Shown in pieces: positions 8,776-18,119 of a stretch of 56,667 bases of DNA. This DNA comes from an uncultured Bacilli bacterium (GTDB lineage: Bacteria > Bacillota_I > Bacilli_A > RF39 > UBA660). The first letter of the stretch is position 1. The number at the start of each line of letters is the position of its first letter. Under the pieces are notes generated by a model. The model was given only the letters and a program-made list of their open reading frames with translations. It was not told where the DNA came from and made no database searches. The translations under genes and the position numbers were made by a program. Location: contig CANQHD010000001.1 of assembly GCA_947623625.1 (NCBI GenBank), positions 1 to 56,667 of the forward strand. The letters run 5' to 3'.

Positions 8776-11067
8776 ATGTTAGATGAATATATCAAAGATA
8801 ATGTTCTTTTTATTGTGCCATATGCTGTAAGAGAAGAGATTTTAAAAAAAATTGCAACCAAAAAAGGAATATTTCGAATTTCGTTTTTGTCATTAGAAGA
8901 GTTTATTGAGCACTATCTTTTTAAAATCAAAAGGGAAGAAGCACTTTTCTATTTATTAGAAAAAAAAGAAGAAAATCTTTCTATACTGAAAGAAAAACTT
9001 GCATTACTTTACTTAATTGATCCTAAAAAGAATTACAAAAATAAAAAACTAAAAGAGTTACAGAAACTTTATCAAGAACTCGAAGAAAATCATTTTTTAG
9101 AAAAAGATCTTTCGTTTAAGAACTATCTTAAAAATTATGAAATTTGTGTCCTTGGCTATCCTTATTTAGAAAATTATCAAAAAGCAGTTTTAGAAGAAGT
9201 GAACGCTCAAATTCTCTCTTATGAAGAAAAATTTACTTATCCTCCTGTTCATGCTTTCAAAAATCAAGAAATGGAAATTGCATTGATTGCAAGTAAGATA
9301 AAAGAGCTCCATGATAGCAGAAAAATTCCATACAAAAAGATAATTCTTGCGAATGTAAAAGAAGATGATGTTTATTTAATTACTCAAATTTTTAAAGATT
9401 TCCAAATACCAGTAACAGGGCTAGTAAAGCATAACTTATATGCTACTGGAATGGTTAAGAATTATTTAAAAACACTGAATAGTTCTGATGTAAAAGATAT
9501 GAGCATTCGTAAAAAAATTGTTTCAATTGAAAACAGGCTTTTACATATTCCAAAAGATAATTCGTGTTATCGACTTCTTTTAGAAGATGCACTTCGTGAA
9601 ACATATTTAGATGAAGTGTCTTATCAAGATGCAGTTGCGATAATGGACTTTTATCATTTAGTTCCTTTAGAGGATACAATGGTCTTTGTTATAGGATTTA
9701 ATCAAAATATTTTACCGAAAGTTTTTAAAGATGAAAATTATTTGAGCGATAGTGATATTCAAGAATTGAATGCAATGACTTCATTAGAAAAAAATAAAAA
9801 ATATAAAGAAGTAACAAAACACCTTTTAAAAAGTATTCCGAATCTTTTCCTTTCTTATCGAATAAGTGCTTTCTCAGGAACATTTTATCCTTCATCTTGT
9901 ATCTTAGAAGAGGGGATGCAAGTGATTGAAAATGATAAATTGGATTATCAATTTAGTCGTATTTATAGTAGTATTCAAGCAGGTGAGATGTTAGATAAGT
10001 TTTATACGTATGGAGAAAAGCATGAAGATTTAGAAAAACTACTCGGTTCTATAGAAGAATTTCCTTATCAAAAATATCAACACCAATATAGGAAAGTATC
10101 TTTTCAAATCCCAAAGGATACCCCTTATTATCTTTCTTATACGAGTCTGAATGATTATGCATTATGTAAATTCAAGTTTTATGCTAAAAACATTTTAAAA
10201 TTAGATAGTTATGAGCAGACTTTTCCAGCAACTTTAGGAAGTATTTATCATGAAGTATTAAGACATATTTACGATGCATCTTTTGATTTTGAATCAAAAT
10301 GGAATGAGGTTATCTCTCGATTTGAACTCTCTCAAAAAGAGCATGTTTTATTAAAAAGATTAAAAAAAGAATTAGCATTTATTATCCCTGTTATAGAAGA
10401 ACAAGATAGTAAGAGTGCTTTTTCTAAAAGACTTTTTGAACAAAAAATTGAAATTCCTCTTGGAGATAATGTTTTTTTGAAAGGATTTATTGATAAAATA
10501 TCTTTTTGTGAATTGTATGGGACCAATTACTATGCTATTTATGATTATAAAACAGGAAGTGTAACCCTTGATTTAGATCATATAAAAGATGGACTTTATT
10601 TACAGCTGCCTCTTTATCAGGTTTTACTTGAGAAAAGCAAATTATTACCTCATGCCCAACTAACAGGTCTATTTTATCAACAGTTATTGCTTCCTAGTAA
10701 AGATCAAAAGACAAAACTATCCAATTTAAAACTGCGTGGATATGTGACAGATAATGAAGAAGCACTAAGTATCTTTGATGAAACTTATGAAAATAGTGAA
10801 GTTATCAAAGGACTTAAAGTGACACAGAATGGATTTTCAAAAAATAGTAAAATTTTAACTGAAGAGGAAAGCTTGTCTATGCTCAATCAAACTTATGAAC
10901 AAATTTTGAAAATGAAAGATGAAATTTTACAAAGTGATTTTCAAATCAATCCGAAAAGACTAAAGGGTGAAAATATTAGTTGTAAATATTGTCCTTTTAA
11001 AGATGTTTGCTTTCAACAAGAGGAAGATGTTATTACACTTGGACAAGGTGAGGAGGTTGAACAATGA
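8776..11067 (+). CDS. addB: helicase-nuclease complex subunit B (AddB/RexB-like), short form
   Basis: PD-(D/E)xK nuclease motifs GFIDKISF...YDYKTG. Cysteine pattern C...CKYCPFKDVC is the AddB iron-sulfur staple. Overlaps addA. An in-frame TAG at 8758-8760 prevents N-terminal extension. Confidence 0.7.
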   Translation: MLDEYIKDNVLFIVPYAVREEILKKIATKKGIFRISFLSLEEFIEHYLFKIKREEALFYLLEKKEENLSILKEKLALLYLIDPKKNYKNKKLKELQKLYQELEENHFLEKDLSFKNYLKNYEICVLGYPYLENYQKAVLEEVNAQILSYEEKFTYPPVHAFKNQEMEIALIASKIKELHDSRKIPYKKIILANVKEDDVYLITQIFKDFQIPVTGLVKHNLYATGMVKNYLKTLNSSDVKDMSIRKKIVSIENRLLHIPKDNSCYRLLLEDALRETYLDEVSYQDAVAIMDFYHLVPLEDTMVFVIGFNQNILPKVFKDENYLSDSDIQELNAMTSLEKNKKYKEVTKHLLKSIPNLFLSYRISAFSGTFYPSSCILEEGMQVIENDKLDYQFSRIYSSIQAGEMLDKFYTYGEKHEDLEKLLGSIEEFPYQKYQHQYRKVSFQIPKDTPYYLSYTSLNDYALCKFKFYAKNILKLDSYEQTFPATLGSIYHEVLRHIYDASFDFESKWNEVISRFELSQKEHVLLKRLKKELAFIIPVIEEQDSKSAFSKRLFEQKIEIPLGDNVFLKGFIDKISFCELYGTNYYAIYDYKTGSVTLDLDHIKDGLYLQLPLYQVLLEKSKLLPHAQLTGLFYQQLLLPSKDQKTKLSNLKLRGYVTDNEEALSIFDETYENSEVIKGLKVTQNGFSKNSKILTEEESLSMLNQTYEQILKMKDEILQSDFQINPKRLKGENISCKYCPFKDVCFQQEEDVITLGQGEEVEQ

Positions 11068-14000
11068 AATTTACAGCATTACAACAGCAAGCAATAGATC
11101 AAGAAGGAGAAAATATAATTGTCAGTGCTGGAGCAGGAAGTGGAAAAACAGCTGTTCTTTCAGAACGCGTTTTGCGAAAAATAAAACAAGGCGTTCCAAT
11201 TACAAGACTTTTAATTTTAACGTTTACCAATAAAGCAGCAGCAGAGATGAAAGAGAGAATCCGAAAAAAATTATTTGAACGAAATTTAAAAGAAGCTTTG
11301 GATCAGATTGATAATAGTTATATAACGACCTTTGATTCCTTTGCATTATCTGTTGTAAAAAAGTATCATGTTTTATTAAATCTTTCAAGTCAGATAGAGA
11401 TTCAAGAAGAAGCAATATTAAATCTTGAACGGACAAAAATATTAGAAGAATTATTTGAAGAACTTTATGAAAAAGAAGATCCAGATTTTTTAAAACTATT
11501 AGATTCTTTTGTTTTAAAAGATGATACCACTTTAAAAGAGTATGTTTTAGGCTTAGATGATGCTTTTGAAAAGTTGTTAGAAAAAGAAAATGTTTTTAAA
11601 ACTTATGAAGAGCACTATTATGGTGAAGAACATATCCACTCTTTAAAAAATGCTTATTTAGAAAAGATAGGTGAGGTCCATCAAAGACTTTCTTGTGAAT
11701 GTCAGACTTTGCTCTCACTTACTGAAAATAAATTTCAAGAAAAATTACTGCAAGTTGTAACACCTCTTTTGGAATCTAAAGACTATAACAATATTAAAGA
11801 AAACATTGAAATAAAACTTCCATCTCTTCCTCGAGGATGTGATGAGTCGGTAAAAGAAAGCAAAAAAAGACTGAGTGATTTGCTAAAGAAACTTAAAACT
11901 TTATGCAGCTATGAAGATGAAGAAGAAATGATACAGGAAATTTTAAATACAAAGGAAAACACGCTTCTTCTTTTAAAAATTGTCAAAGAGTTAGATGAGC
12001 GATTTACGAAGTATAAAAGACAAGAAAACTTATATACATTTATGGATATTTCTCGTCTTGCAATTACTGCCGTAAAAGACTATCCAGAGATTCGAGAAGA
12101 ACTCATGAATTCATTTGATGAAATTATGGTAGATGAGTATCAAGATACTAACGATATTCAAGAAGCATTTCTATCTTATATTTCAAGTAATAATGTTTAT
12201 ATGGTGGGTGATATGAAGCAGTCGATTTATCGCTTTCGAAATGCCAACCCAATGATTTTTAAGAATAAATATGATCATTATAAGAAAAATGAAGGTGGTT
12301 CTGCGATTGATTTGTCTTCTAATTTTCGCTCTCGAAGTGAAGTCCTTGATGATATTAACCTTTTGTTTTCAAGGCTAATGGACGATAAATTTGGTGGAGT
12401 TACTTATGAAGATGGACATGCCATGATATTTGGAAATAAATTGTACTTAGAAGAAAAGCAAGATAAAAATTATTATTTAGAAGTAGATACTTATGAAGAT
12501 AATAAAGAGGATGAGATGAAAGGATACGAAAAGGAAATATTTATTATTGGTGCGGATATTCAAGAAAAAATGAAAGAAGGATATCAAGTTTTTGATAAAG
12601 ATAGTGGACATCTTCGCCCAATAACTTATTCTGATTTTGCCATCTTATTAGATAGAAGTAAATATTTTGATACAGTCAAAAAAATTTTTGAGTATTTAGG
12701 AATTCCTCTTGCAGTAGAAAAGGAAGAAAAACTACTAGGAGAACTTGATTTAGAACTGTTAAAAAATATGTTTTTTATGATAAAGCTTATCAAAGAAAAA
12801 AATTTTCAAAGTGAATTTAGACACTGTTTCGCATCTCTTTCAAGAAGCTTTTTATATCAAATGTCTGATCAAGAGCTTTATGATTATTTAACTACCAATA
12901 CTTTTTTTGAAAGTGAAATTTATCAAACATTTTCTTCTTTAGTGGAATTTTATGATACGACAACCCCTAATCTTTTATTATCCTATTTGCTTGAGATAAC
13001 GCACTACGAAGAAAAACTCATTTTAAAAGGAAATATTAAAAATTTTCGAAAAAGAATGGAATACATTTATCATTTAGCGACAACTTTGACAAATCAAGGA
13101 AAGACAAATGATGATTTTTTGTCTCTTCTTCAAGAAATTATTGATACTCAAATTGAAATGGGTGTCTCTTATCAAAAAGAAGAGGGAAATGCTGTTTATT
13201 TAATGAGTATTCATAAATCAAAAGGACTTGAATTTCCTATTTGTTACTTTGCAGACTTTAATCATTCTTTTAATTTTCAAGAATTAAAAGATAAAATAAA
13301 ATTTCATCCAGATTATGGTATATTAATTCCTATCGTGACAAAGGACGAAGAACATCAAACAATTTGTGAGGTTCTACTTAAAGATAAAGTAAAAGAAGAT
13401 GAAATTAGTGAGCGAATTCGCTTATTTTATGTAGCTCTTACTCGTGCAAGAGAAAAAATGATTATTGTATCTCCTAGAATAACAGAAGAGAAAATTGCAA
13501 AAGAAGAAATGCTCTCCTTTCAGAAAATGCTTTTATTCCTTTATCCACAATGGCAAGAAAAGGAAGTAAAAATTGAAACAATTCCAAATATGAGTAAAGA
13601 CTATCTTCTTCCAAAACGATTAGAGAAAATAAAACTGAATCCACAAGAAAAAATAATTTTTAAGGAGGAAGATAATTCGTCTTTAAAAGAGAAAGATACA
13701 ACACGTTTATCTAAAACAATGATAAATCCTCTTTCTCTTTCCCAAGAAGAAAATGTAGAGTTGGGTCTTCAAATGCACGAAATTTTTGAACGAATTGATT
13801 TTGAAAATCCTAACTATGATAGCTTGGATTTACCGAATGATTTAAAGAAAAGTGTTCAAGTATTCTTAGAAAGTGACTTTTTGAAGCAAAATAAAAACGG
13901 AAAAATCTACCGAGAGTATGAATTTTTAGAAGAACTAGATAATAAAATATATCATGGAATAATTGATTTGTTGATTCTTAAAGAAGATGAGGCAATCATT

Positions 14001-14153
14001 CTTGACTATAAATTGAAAAATATAAAGGATAAAGCTTATAATGAACAGCTTCTTGGTTATAAAAAAGTCATTGAAAAAAGAACAGGACTTAAAACGAGGA
14101 CATATCTTTACTCAATTTTAGAACAAAAATTGCAGGAAATCTTTGACAAATAA
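11064..14153 (+). CDS. addA: ATP-dependent helicase/nuclease subunit A (UvrD/Rep-type helicase plus RecB nuclease)
   Basis: Walker A GAGSGKT, DEYQDT, helicase motifs SIHKSKGLEF and VALTRA, C-terminal nuclease GIIDLL...LDYK. Confidence 0.85.
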   Translation: MKFTALQQQAIDQEGENIIVSAGAGSGKTAVLSERVLRKIKQGVPITRLLILTFTNKAAAEMKERIRKKLFERNLKEALDQIDNSYITTFDSFALSVVKKYHVLLNLSSQIEIQEEAILNLERTKILEELFEELYEKEDPDFLKLLDSFVLKDDTTLKEYVLGLDDAFEKLLEKENVFKTYEEHYYGEEHIHSLKNAYLEKIGEVHQRLSCECQTLLSLTENKFQEKLLQVVTPLLESKDYNNIKENIEIKLPSLPRGCDESVKESKKRLSDLLKKLKTLCSYEDEEEMIQEILNTKENTLLLLKIVKELDERFTKYKRQENLYTFMDISRLAITAVKDYPEIREELMNSFDEIMVDEYQDTNDIQEAFLSYISSNNVYMVGDMKQSIYRFRNANPMIFKNKYDHYKKNEGGSAIDLSSNFRSRSEVLDDINLLFSRLMDDKFGGVTYEDGHAMIFGNKLYLEEKQDKNYYLEVDTYEDNKEDEMKGYEKEIFIIGADIQEKMKEGYQVFDKDSGHLRPITYSDFAILLDRSKYFDTVKKIFEYLGIPLAVEKEEKLLGELDLELLKNMFFMIKLIKEKNFQSEFRHCFASLSRSFLYQMSDQELYDYLTTNTFFESEIYQTFSSLVEFYDTTTPNLLLSYLLEITHYEEKLILKGNIKNFRKRMEYIYHLATTLTNQGKTNDDFLSLLQEIIDTQIEMGVSYQKEEGNAVYLMSIHKSKGLEFPICYFADFNHSFNFQELKDKIKFHPDYGILIPIVTKDEEHQTICEVLLKDKVKEDEISERIRLFYVALTRAREKMIIVSPRITEEKIAKEEMLSFQKMLLFLYPQWQEKEVKIETIPNMSKDYLLPKRLEKIKLNPQEKIIFKEEDNSSLKEKDTTRLSKTMINPLSLSQEENVELGLQMHEIFERIDFENPNYDSLDLPNDLKKSVQVFLESDFLKQNKNGKIYREYEFLEELDNKIYHGIIDLLILKEDEAIILDYKLKNIKDKAYNEQLLGYKKVIEKRTGLKTRTYLYSILEQKLQEIFDK

Positions 14154-14171
14154 GGGTAAATGTGCTATAAT
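14143..14171 (+). promoter_or_regulatory. consensus sigma-A promoter for ORF 14217
   Basis: TTGACA (14143-14148), 17 nt, TATAAT (14166-14171) with TGc extended -10. Overlaps the addA stop codon. Confidence 0.65.
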
Positions 14172-14216
14172 ATAGCCAACTTCGGAAGATAGGGCTTAAT
14201 ATAGGGGGGTTAAAAT

Positions 14217-14636
14217 ATGGAAAAGAGTTACATATTTGAATATTTAGATGAAAATGATTTTCGCAAAAAAGAACGTTCAGTACGTAAGTATAACATGTTA
14301 GCTTATAAAAAGTTAACTTTTGAATATTATCCAGCAATTCGAAAAGGAACATTTTTAGGAGAAAAAGTAGGGGAAGATAAAAAGAATAAGACAGAATCTT
14401 ATGAATTAAAACTTCCAACAGATGCTCTTTTTGCAAAAGTTCATGGAGAAATACGCCTTCATTATACAGTTTATTTAGAAAAGAAAGTGATTTTACTGAC
14501 AAATATTACACCAGAAGGTATATTAGATGAAGGTCATCGTGCTGAGTTATCTACATATAAAGGAGTTATGATTTCTAAATCCAATCCAGAAAAAGATATG
14601 TTTAAAATCAATCTTTTAAATATGCTACAAAAATAA
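14217..14636 (+). CDS. hypothetical protein; C-terminal part weakly RelE/ParE-toxin-like
   Basis: RBS GGGGGG and a consensus promoter. ESYELKL...IRLHYTVYLEKKVILLTNI...EGHR resembles the RelE/ParE core pattern. The functional call is weak. Confidence 0.55.
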   Translation: MEKSYIFEYLDENDFRKKERSVRKYNMLAYKKLTFEYYPAIRKGTFLGEKVGEDKKNKTESYELKLPTDALFAKVHGEIRLHYTVYLEKKVILLTNITPEGILDEGHRAELSTYKGVMISKSNPEKDMFKINLLNMLQK

Positions 14637-14660
14637 AAAAGCTTCCAAGTGAAGTTTTTT

Positions 14661-15983
14661 TTATATCCGTAAACCTTTTGGAAAGTGGTTCTTAATCCTT
14701 TTATTACTTGCTTTATAAAGTCCAAGTGGATAACCTTCTACCAATAAAACACCCCATCCATTTGCTACATCATAAGAAATTTCATGTCCTTTTAAATATT
14801 GATTTATCAAAGGATCATTTTGTTTTAAGTTAATTTTATTTTTGAAATAGGTTCCATAACATCTTGCAAATTGATGATGGAAAATGATCCTATTTTTTCG
14901 GATGTCACCAATTTTTACAAAACAAGTATGTGTTTTTAAAGAAGGAACATCTTTTAAATTTTTAGGAACTGCAATAATTTGTGAGTGATATTTATAAATA
15001 TGAAAAGGAATTTCCCAAAGAGAAGTTTCTAATTCCTTTTTTACAATTTCTTCTTCTTGCTTATTTAGTGGTTCTAGAGCATTTTTTATAGGTTTTTCAT
15101 CGCCTTCTTGTTTTTGCAAAACTGCAAAATACTGTCCTTCACCAATTAAATAAGGATAACATCTTCTTGTTTTTTTTAAATCTTCTCCATAACAAGTAAG
15201 TCCATCTTTTGTATAACGAAGTAAAGAGTTATTGCCATCAATAATTTTTAAAGGACAACTATTCATTACATCTTTTATAACTTCTTCATCTTCTTCTTTT
15301 GAAAAAGTACAAGTGGAGTAGATGAGTATTCCATTTTTTTTGAGCATAGAAGCAGCATCTTTACAAAGTGCTTTTTGAATAAGAGCCATTTCTCTTACTT
15401 TTTCTTTAGACCATAATGAAATTGCAAGAGGATTTTTACGAAATGTTCCTTCTAAAGAGCATGGAGCATCCACTAGAATAACATCAAAATAGTTTTGAAA
15501 AACATTTTTTAAATCTTTACTAGACATTTGTGTTGTTATGACGTTTTTTAATCCCAATCGTTCAATATTTGAAACTAAATTTTTAAGACGATTTCCATTA
15601 ATTTCATTCGCATAAATGATTCCATCTGGCGCAAGATTTGAAAGCTGCAAAGTTTTTCCACCAGGAGAAGCACATAAGTCTAAGATTTTTGCATCTTTTT
15701 TAATATTGGCAGCTAAGGCAGGCATCATAGCACTTGGCTCTTGAACATAGTAAAGTCCCAATGTATGAAATATAGATAATCCAGGTTTTTCTTCATCAAT
15801 AAAATAACTTGTACTATCAAAAGGAACTTGCTCTTTTAAAAAAGAAGATAGAATATTTTTATCTTTTAAAAGTGTTGTATTTAAATGAACTGCCTTCCTT
15901 GGAATTTTATTTAAGCTATCTAAATATTTTTGAAAATCGTCTCCTAAAATTTCTTCCATTGAATTTAAAAATTCTTCTTGCAT
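14661..15983 (-). CDS. RsmB/RsmF (NOL1/NOP2/Sun) family RNA cytosine-C5 methyltransferase
   Basis: SAM motif DLCASPGGKT, catalytic DAPCSLEGTFRK and YSTCTF motifs. Confidence 0.8.
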   Translation of the reverse strand: MQEEFLNSMEEILGDDFQKYLDSLNKIPRKAVHLNTTLLKDKNILSSFLKEQVPFDSTSYFIDEEKPGLSIFHTLGLYYVQEPSAMMPALAANIKKDAKILDLCASPGGKTLQLSNLAPDGIIYANEINGNRLKNLVSNIERLGLKNVITTQMSSKDLKNVFQNYFDVILVDAPCSLEGTFRKNPLAISLWSKEKVREMALIQKALCKDAASMLKKNGILIYSTCTFSKEEDEEVIKDVMNSCPLKIIDGNNSLLRYTKDGLTCYGEDLKKTRRCYPYLIGEGQYFAVLQKQEGDEKPIKNALEPLNKQEEEIVKKELETSLWEIPFHIYKYHSQIIAVPKNLKDVPSLKTHTCFVKIGDIRKNRIIFHHQFARCYGTYFKNKINLKQNDPLINQYLKGHEISYDVANGWGVLLVEGYPLGLYKASNKRIKNHFPKGLRI

Positions 15984-16069
15984 TTATCTCATCTCTTTCT
16001 TTTATTCATTGTAACAAAAAAATGACTTAATTTAAAAAAAATTCTTTGTAAAAGAAAAAAGTCTTGCGA

Positions 16070-17572
16070 CTATTTCAAAATATATTGGTGAGCATTTTTT
16101 ACAGTTTCTTCACTTACAAAAGCGTCTTTATATATACCAGGCTGTTTTAAAAGTTGATTTTCAAGTTTCAGTAAAGAGTGATTGACAGCATTTTTTAGTC
16201 CACGTAGTCCAATAAGTGAATGATTTGTTTTTTGAAGAATTGCTTGATAATAACTTTCATCGGCTTGTAAAGTAACCCCAAATTGTCGAGAAAATTGTCC
16301 TTGCTTAATAATGAATGGACTGATTTTTGATTTTGTAAGAACGAGATAACGATCAAATTCAGTAAGTGGTTGGAAAATTTGAATTTGTCCAAATCTTCCC
16401 ATAAGTTCTGGAATCATTCCAAAATCTAGAAAGGATTGAAGATCAACAAACGAATTATTCTGTTCTTCATTTATTTGAATTCCAATTGGTTTTCTTGGAG
16501 TGAAGATATTTGAAAAAGCTCCACATCCAATAAAAGACATAAAACTTGTATCTATATTTTTAGTTGCCATTTGCTCGCTTAAGCGTACATCAAAAGTATG
16601 TCCTTCTAACAATTTTAAAAGATTTTGCTGGACACTTTCTTGAGAAACATCATTTCCACGAATAGCAAGTTTATCAATTTCGTCAAGAACAATAATCGCT
16701 CTTTTTGTTTTTTCAATACTTCCATTTGCTTTAAAAAGTACATATTTTAAAATATCTTCAACATCTTTACCCACTAACCCGGTATCAGAAAGTGTTGTAG
16801 TTGCATAATTGACGAAAGGAACTTTCAAGTATTCGGCGATGATTTCAAAAGTTTCTGTTTTTCCAACACCTGTTGGTCCTGCGACTAAAATGTGCTCCAT
16901 TTCTTTTGGATCCTTTGTTTGATAATTCATGGCAAGAATTGTAGCAATATCTTCAATCTGATCTTTGTGACCAATAATACGTTCATTGACATAATCTTCT
17001 AACTCTTGAACATCAATCTCTTTTTGTTCTGAATTATCACTTGCAGTATAATTTGAAATATTAATCGCAATTTCATTGACAGATTGTCCATAAGCAAGAA
17101 TATCGGATAATTCTTGTCCATGTTCATTTACAAACTGCTCTGTTAAATCATCGAGTTGTTGAAAAATAGAAATAAATTTTTTCTTTTCTAAGTAGATAAT
17201 GCTAATTTGATCATTGTTAATTTCTAATAATCCAATATCGGTGTAAAATGAATCAAAATAGAGTTGTTCAACTTCTTCTAAGTCATTTTCATCCAGTGTA
17301 TGATCTAAGTTTTCTTCAAAAAATTCCATTTCTTCTGCCAAAGAGTCTGTCTGATCAAATAAATAATCTACACTTTCGTCTTGAATGCTTGATATATTAT
17401 CGGCAGCTTCTATTTGAGTACCATCTTCTGCAATAAAAAATTCTTCTCCTTCTATATTGAGACTATTTCCAATGACTGCTCGTTTAGGTAATAGGAGAAA
17501 AAAATTATTTAATAGCTTAACTTTTTTATATTGAATTGTTAGTTCTAAACCTTTATCTTGTTCTTTTTTCAT
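16070..17572 (-). CDS. ClpX-like AAA+ ATPase with a non-canonical acidic N-terminal domain
   Basis: Walker A GPTGVGKT, Walker B IIVLDEIDK, sensor-2-like GLRGLK. The region VPFVNYATTTLSDTGLVGKDVEDIL parallels ClxP-type ClpX sequence VPF...T.LTEAGYVGEDVE. Confidence 0.7.
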   Translation of the reverse strand: MKKEQDKGLELTIQYKKVKLLNNFFLLLPKRAVIGNSLNIEGEEFFIAEDGTQIEAADNISSIQDESVDYLFDQTDSLAEEMEFFEENLDHTLDENDLEEVEQLYFDSFYTDIGLLEINNDQISIIYLEKKKFISIFQQLDDLTEQFVNEHGQELSDILAYGQSVNEIAINISNYTASDNSEQKEIDVQELEDYVNERIIGHKDQIEDIATILAMNYQTKDPKEMEHILVAGPTGVGKTETFEIIAEYLKVPFVNYATTTLSDTGLVGKDVEDILKYVLFKANGSIEKTKRAIIVLDEIDKLAIRGNDVSQESVQQNLLKLLEGHTFDVRLSEQMATKNIDTSFMSFIGCGAFSNIFTPRKPIGIQINEEQNNSFVDLQSFLDFGMIPELMGRFGQIQIFQPLTEFDRYLVLTKSKISPFIIKQGQFSRQFGVTLQADESYYQAILQKTNHSLIGLRGLKNAVNHSLLKLENQLLKQPGIYKDAFVSEETVKNAHQYILK

Positions 17573-17636
17573 CGCTTACTAACATTCCTTTCTTTTGCTC
17601 GAGTTTTTTCTTTTTATAGAACAAATTTTTCTGTTT

Positions 17637-17665
17637 ATTTTAATTCTTAAAAAATACTTTGTCAA
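17637..17665 (-). promoter_or_regulatory. candidate promoter of the ClpX-like gene
   Basis: Minus strand TTGACA (17665-17660), 17 nt, TAAAAT (17642-17637). Confidence 0.45.
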
Positions 17666-17799
17666 TACTAAAAAAATCAAGGGAAAAATTCAAAATCAAG
17701 TTCTCGTTTAACAAACTTTAGAGTATGCCAATAAAAAAGTTTTTGTAAAAGGGTGCAAGAATAGAAAAATGACAGCAAAAATTCATATGGAGAAAGTAC

Positions 17800-17828
17800 T
17801 TGCACGATCAATAAATTTATGTTATATT
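17800..17828 (+). promoter_or_regulatory. promoter of tRNA-Ile2
   Basis: TTGCAC, 17 nt, TATATT with TGt extended -10. The tRNA starts 12 nt downstream. Confidence 0.55.
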
Positions 17829-17839
17829 GATAGAGCAAT

Positions 17840-17916
17840 GGACCCTTAGCTCAGTTGGTTAGAGCATTCGGCTCATAACCGAACGGTCGATGGTTCGAGT
17901 CCATCAGGGTCCACCA
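17840..17916 (+). tRNA. tRNA with CAT anticodon, most likely tRNA-Ile2 (lysidine-modified), CCA encoded
   Basis: Hand-folded cloverleaf of 77 nt. Anticodon loop CTCATAA and acceptor GGACCCT resemble ileX-type tRNAs rather than elongator Met (TTCATAC). Confidence 0.8.
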
Positions 17917-17927
17917 CATTTAAATTT

Positions 17928-17955
17928 AACCTTATTTTATAAGGTTTTTATTTTG
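17928..17955 (+). terminator. rho-independent terminator after tRNA-Ile2
   Basis: AACCTTAT/ATAAGGTT stem with short loop, followed by TTTATTTT. Confidence 0.6.
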
Positions 17956-18032
17956 CCTTTCATTTTAAATTAATTACTAACATATATTTTTATTTAGATA
18001 TTAAAAGACGCACAAGTTATTTTCTAATTTGC

Positions 18033-18061
18033 TTGAAAGAAAAGAAAAAAACAAGTATACT
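18033..18061 (+). promoter_or_regulatory. promoter of the LOG-glyQS operon
   Basis: TTGAAA (18033-18038), 17 nt, TATACT (18056-18061). The TTG used as ORF start in the six-frame track is this -35 box. Confidence 0.55.
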
Positions 18062-18119
18062 TTTATCAAGACGTAGTAATAAAGATTCAAAAAAATTGTT
18101 TATTTTAGAAGGTGATAGA

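Noticed and set aside
10967-11233. 88-aa plus-strand ORF bridging the addB/addA junction; considered as a sign of a frameshift or fusion
   Set aside because: It is out of frame with both genes. addB ends cleanly and addA starts with the expected N-terminus and Walker A. The arginine/lysine-rich translation looks spurious.
14089-14502. 137-aa minus-strand ORF overlapping the addA 3' end and ORF 14217
   Set aside because: It has no RBS or promoter. It is antisense to an ORF that has a consensus promoter and RBS. Its composition is typical of antisense frames in AT-rich DNA.
18033-18119. TTG start at 18033 for the LOG-family ORF
   Set aside because: That TTG is the first base of a TTGAAA-17-TATACT promoter, so it would not be transcribed. 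The lysine/serine-rich extension has no RBS. A TTG at 18120 after GAAGGTGAT fits the family N-terminus.
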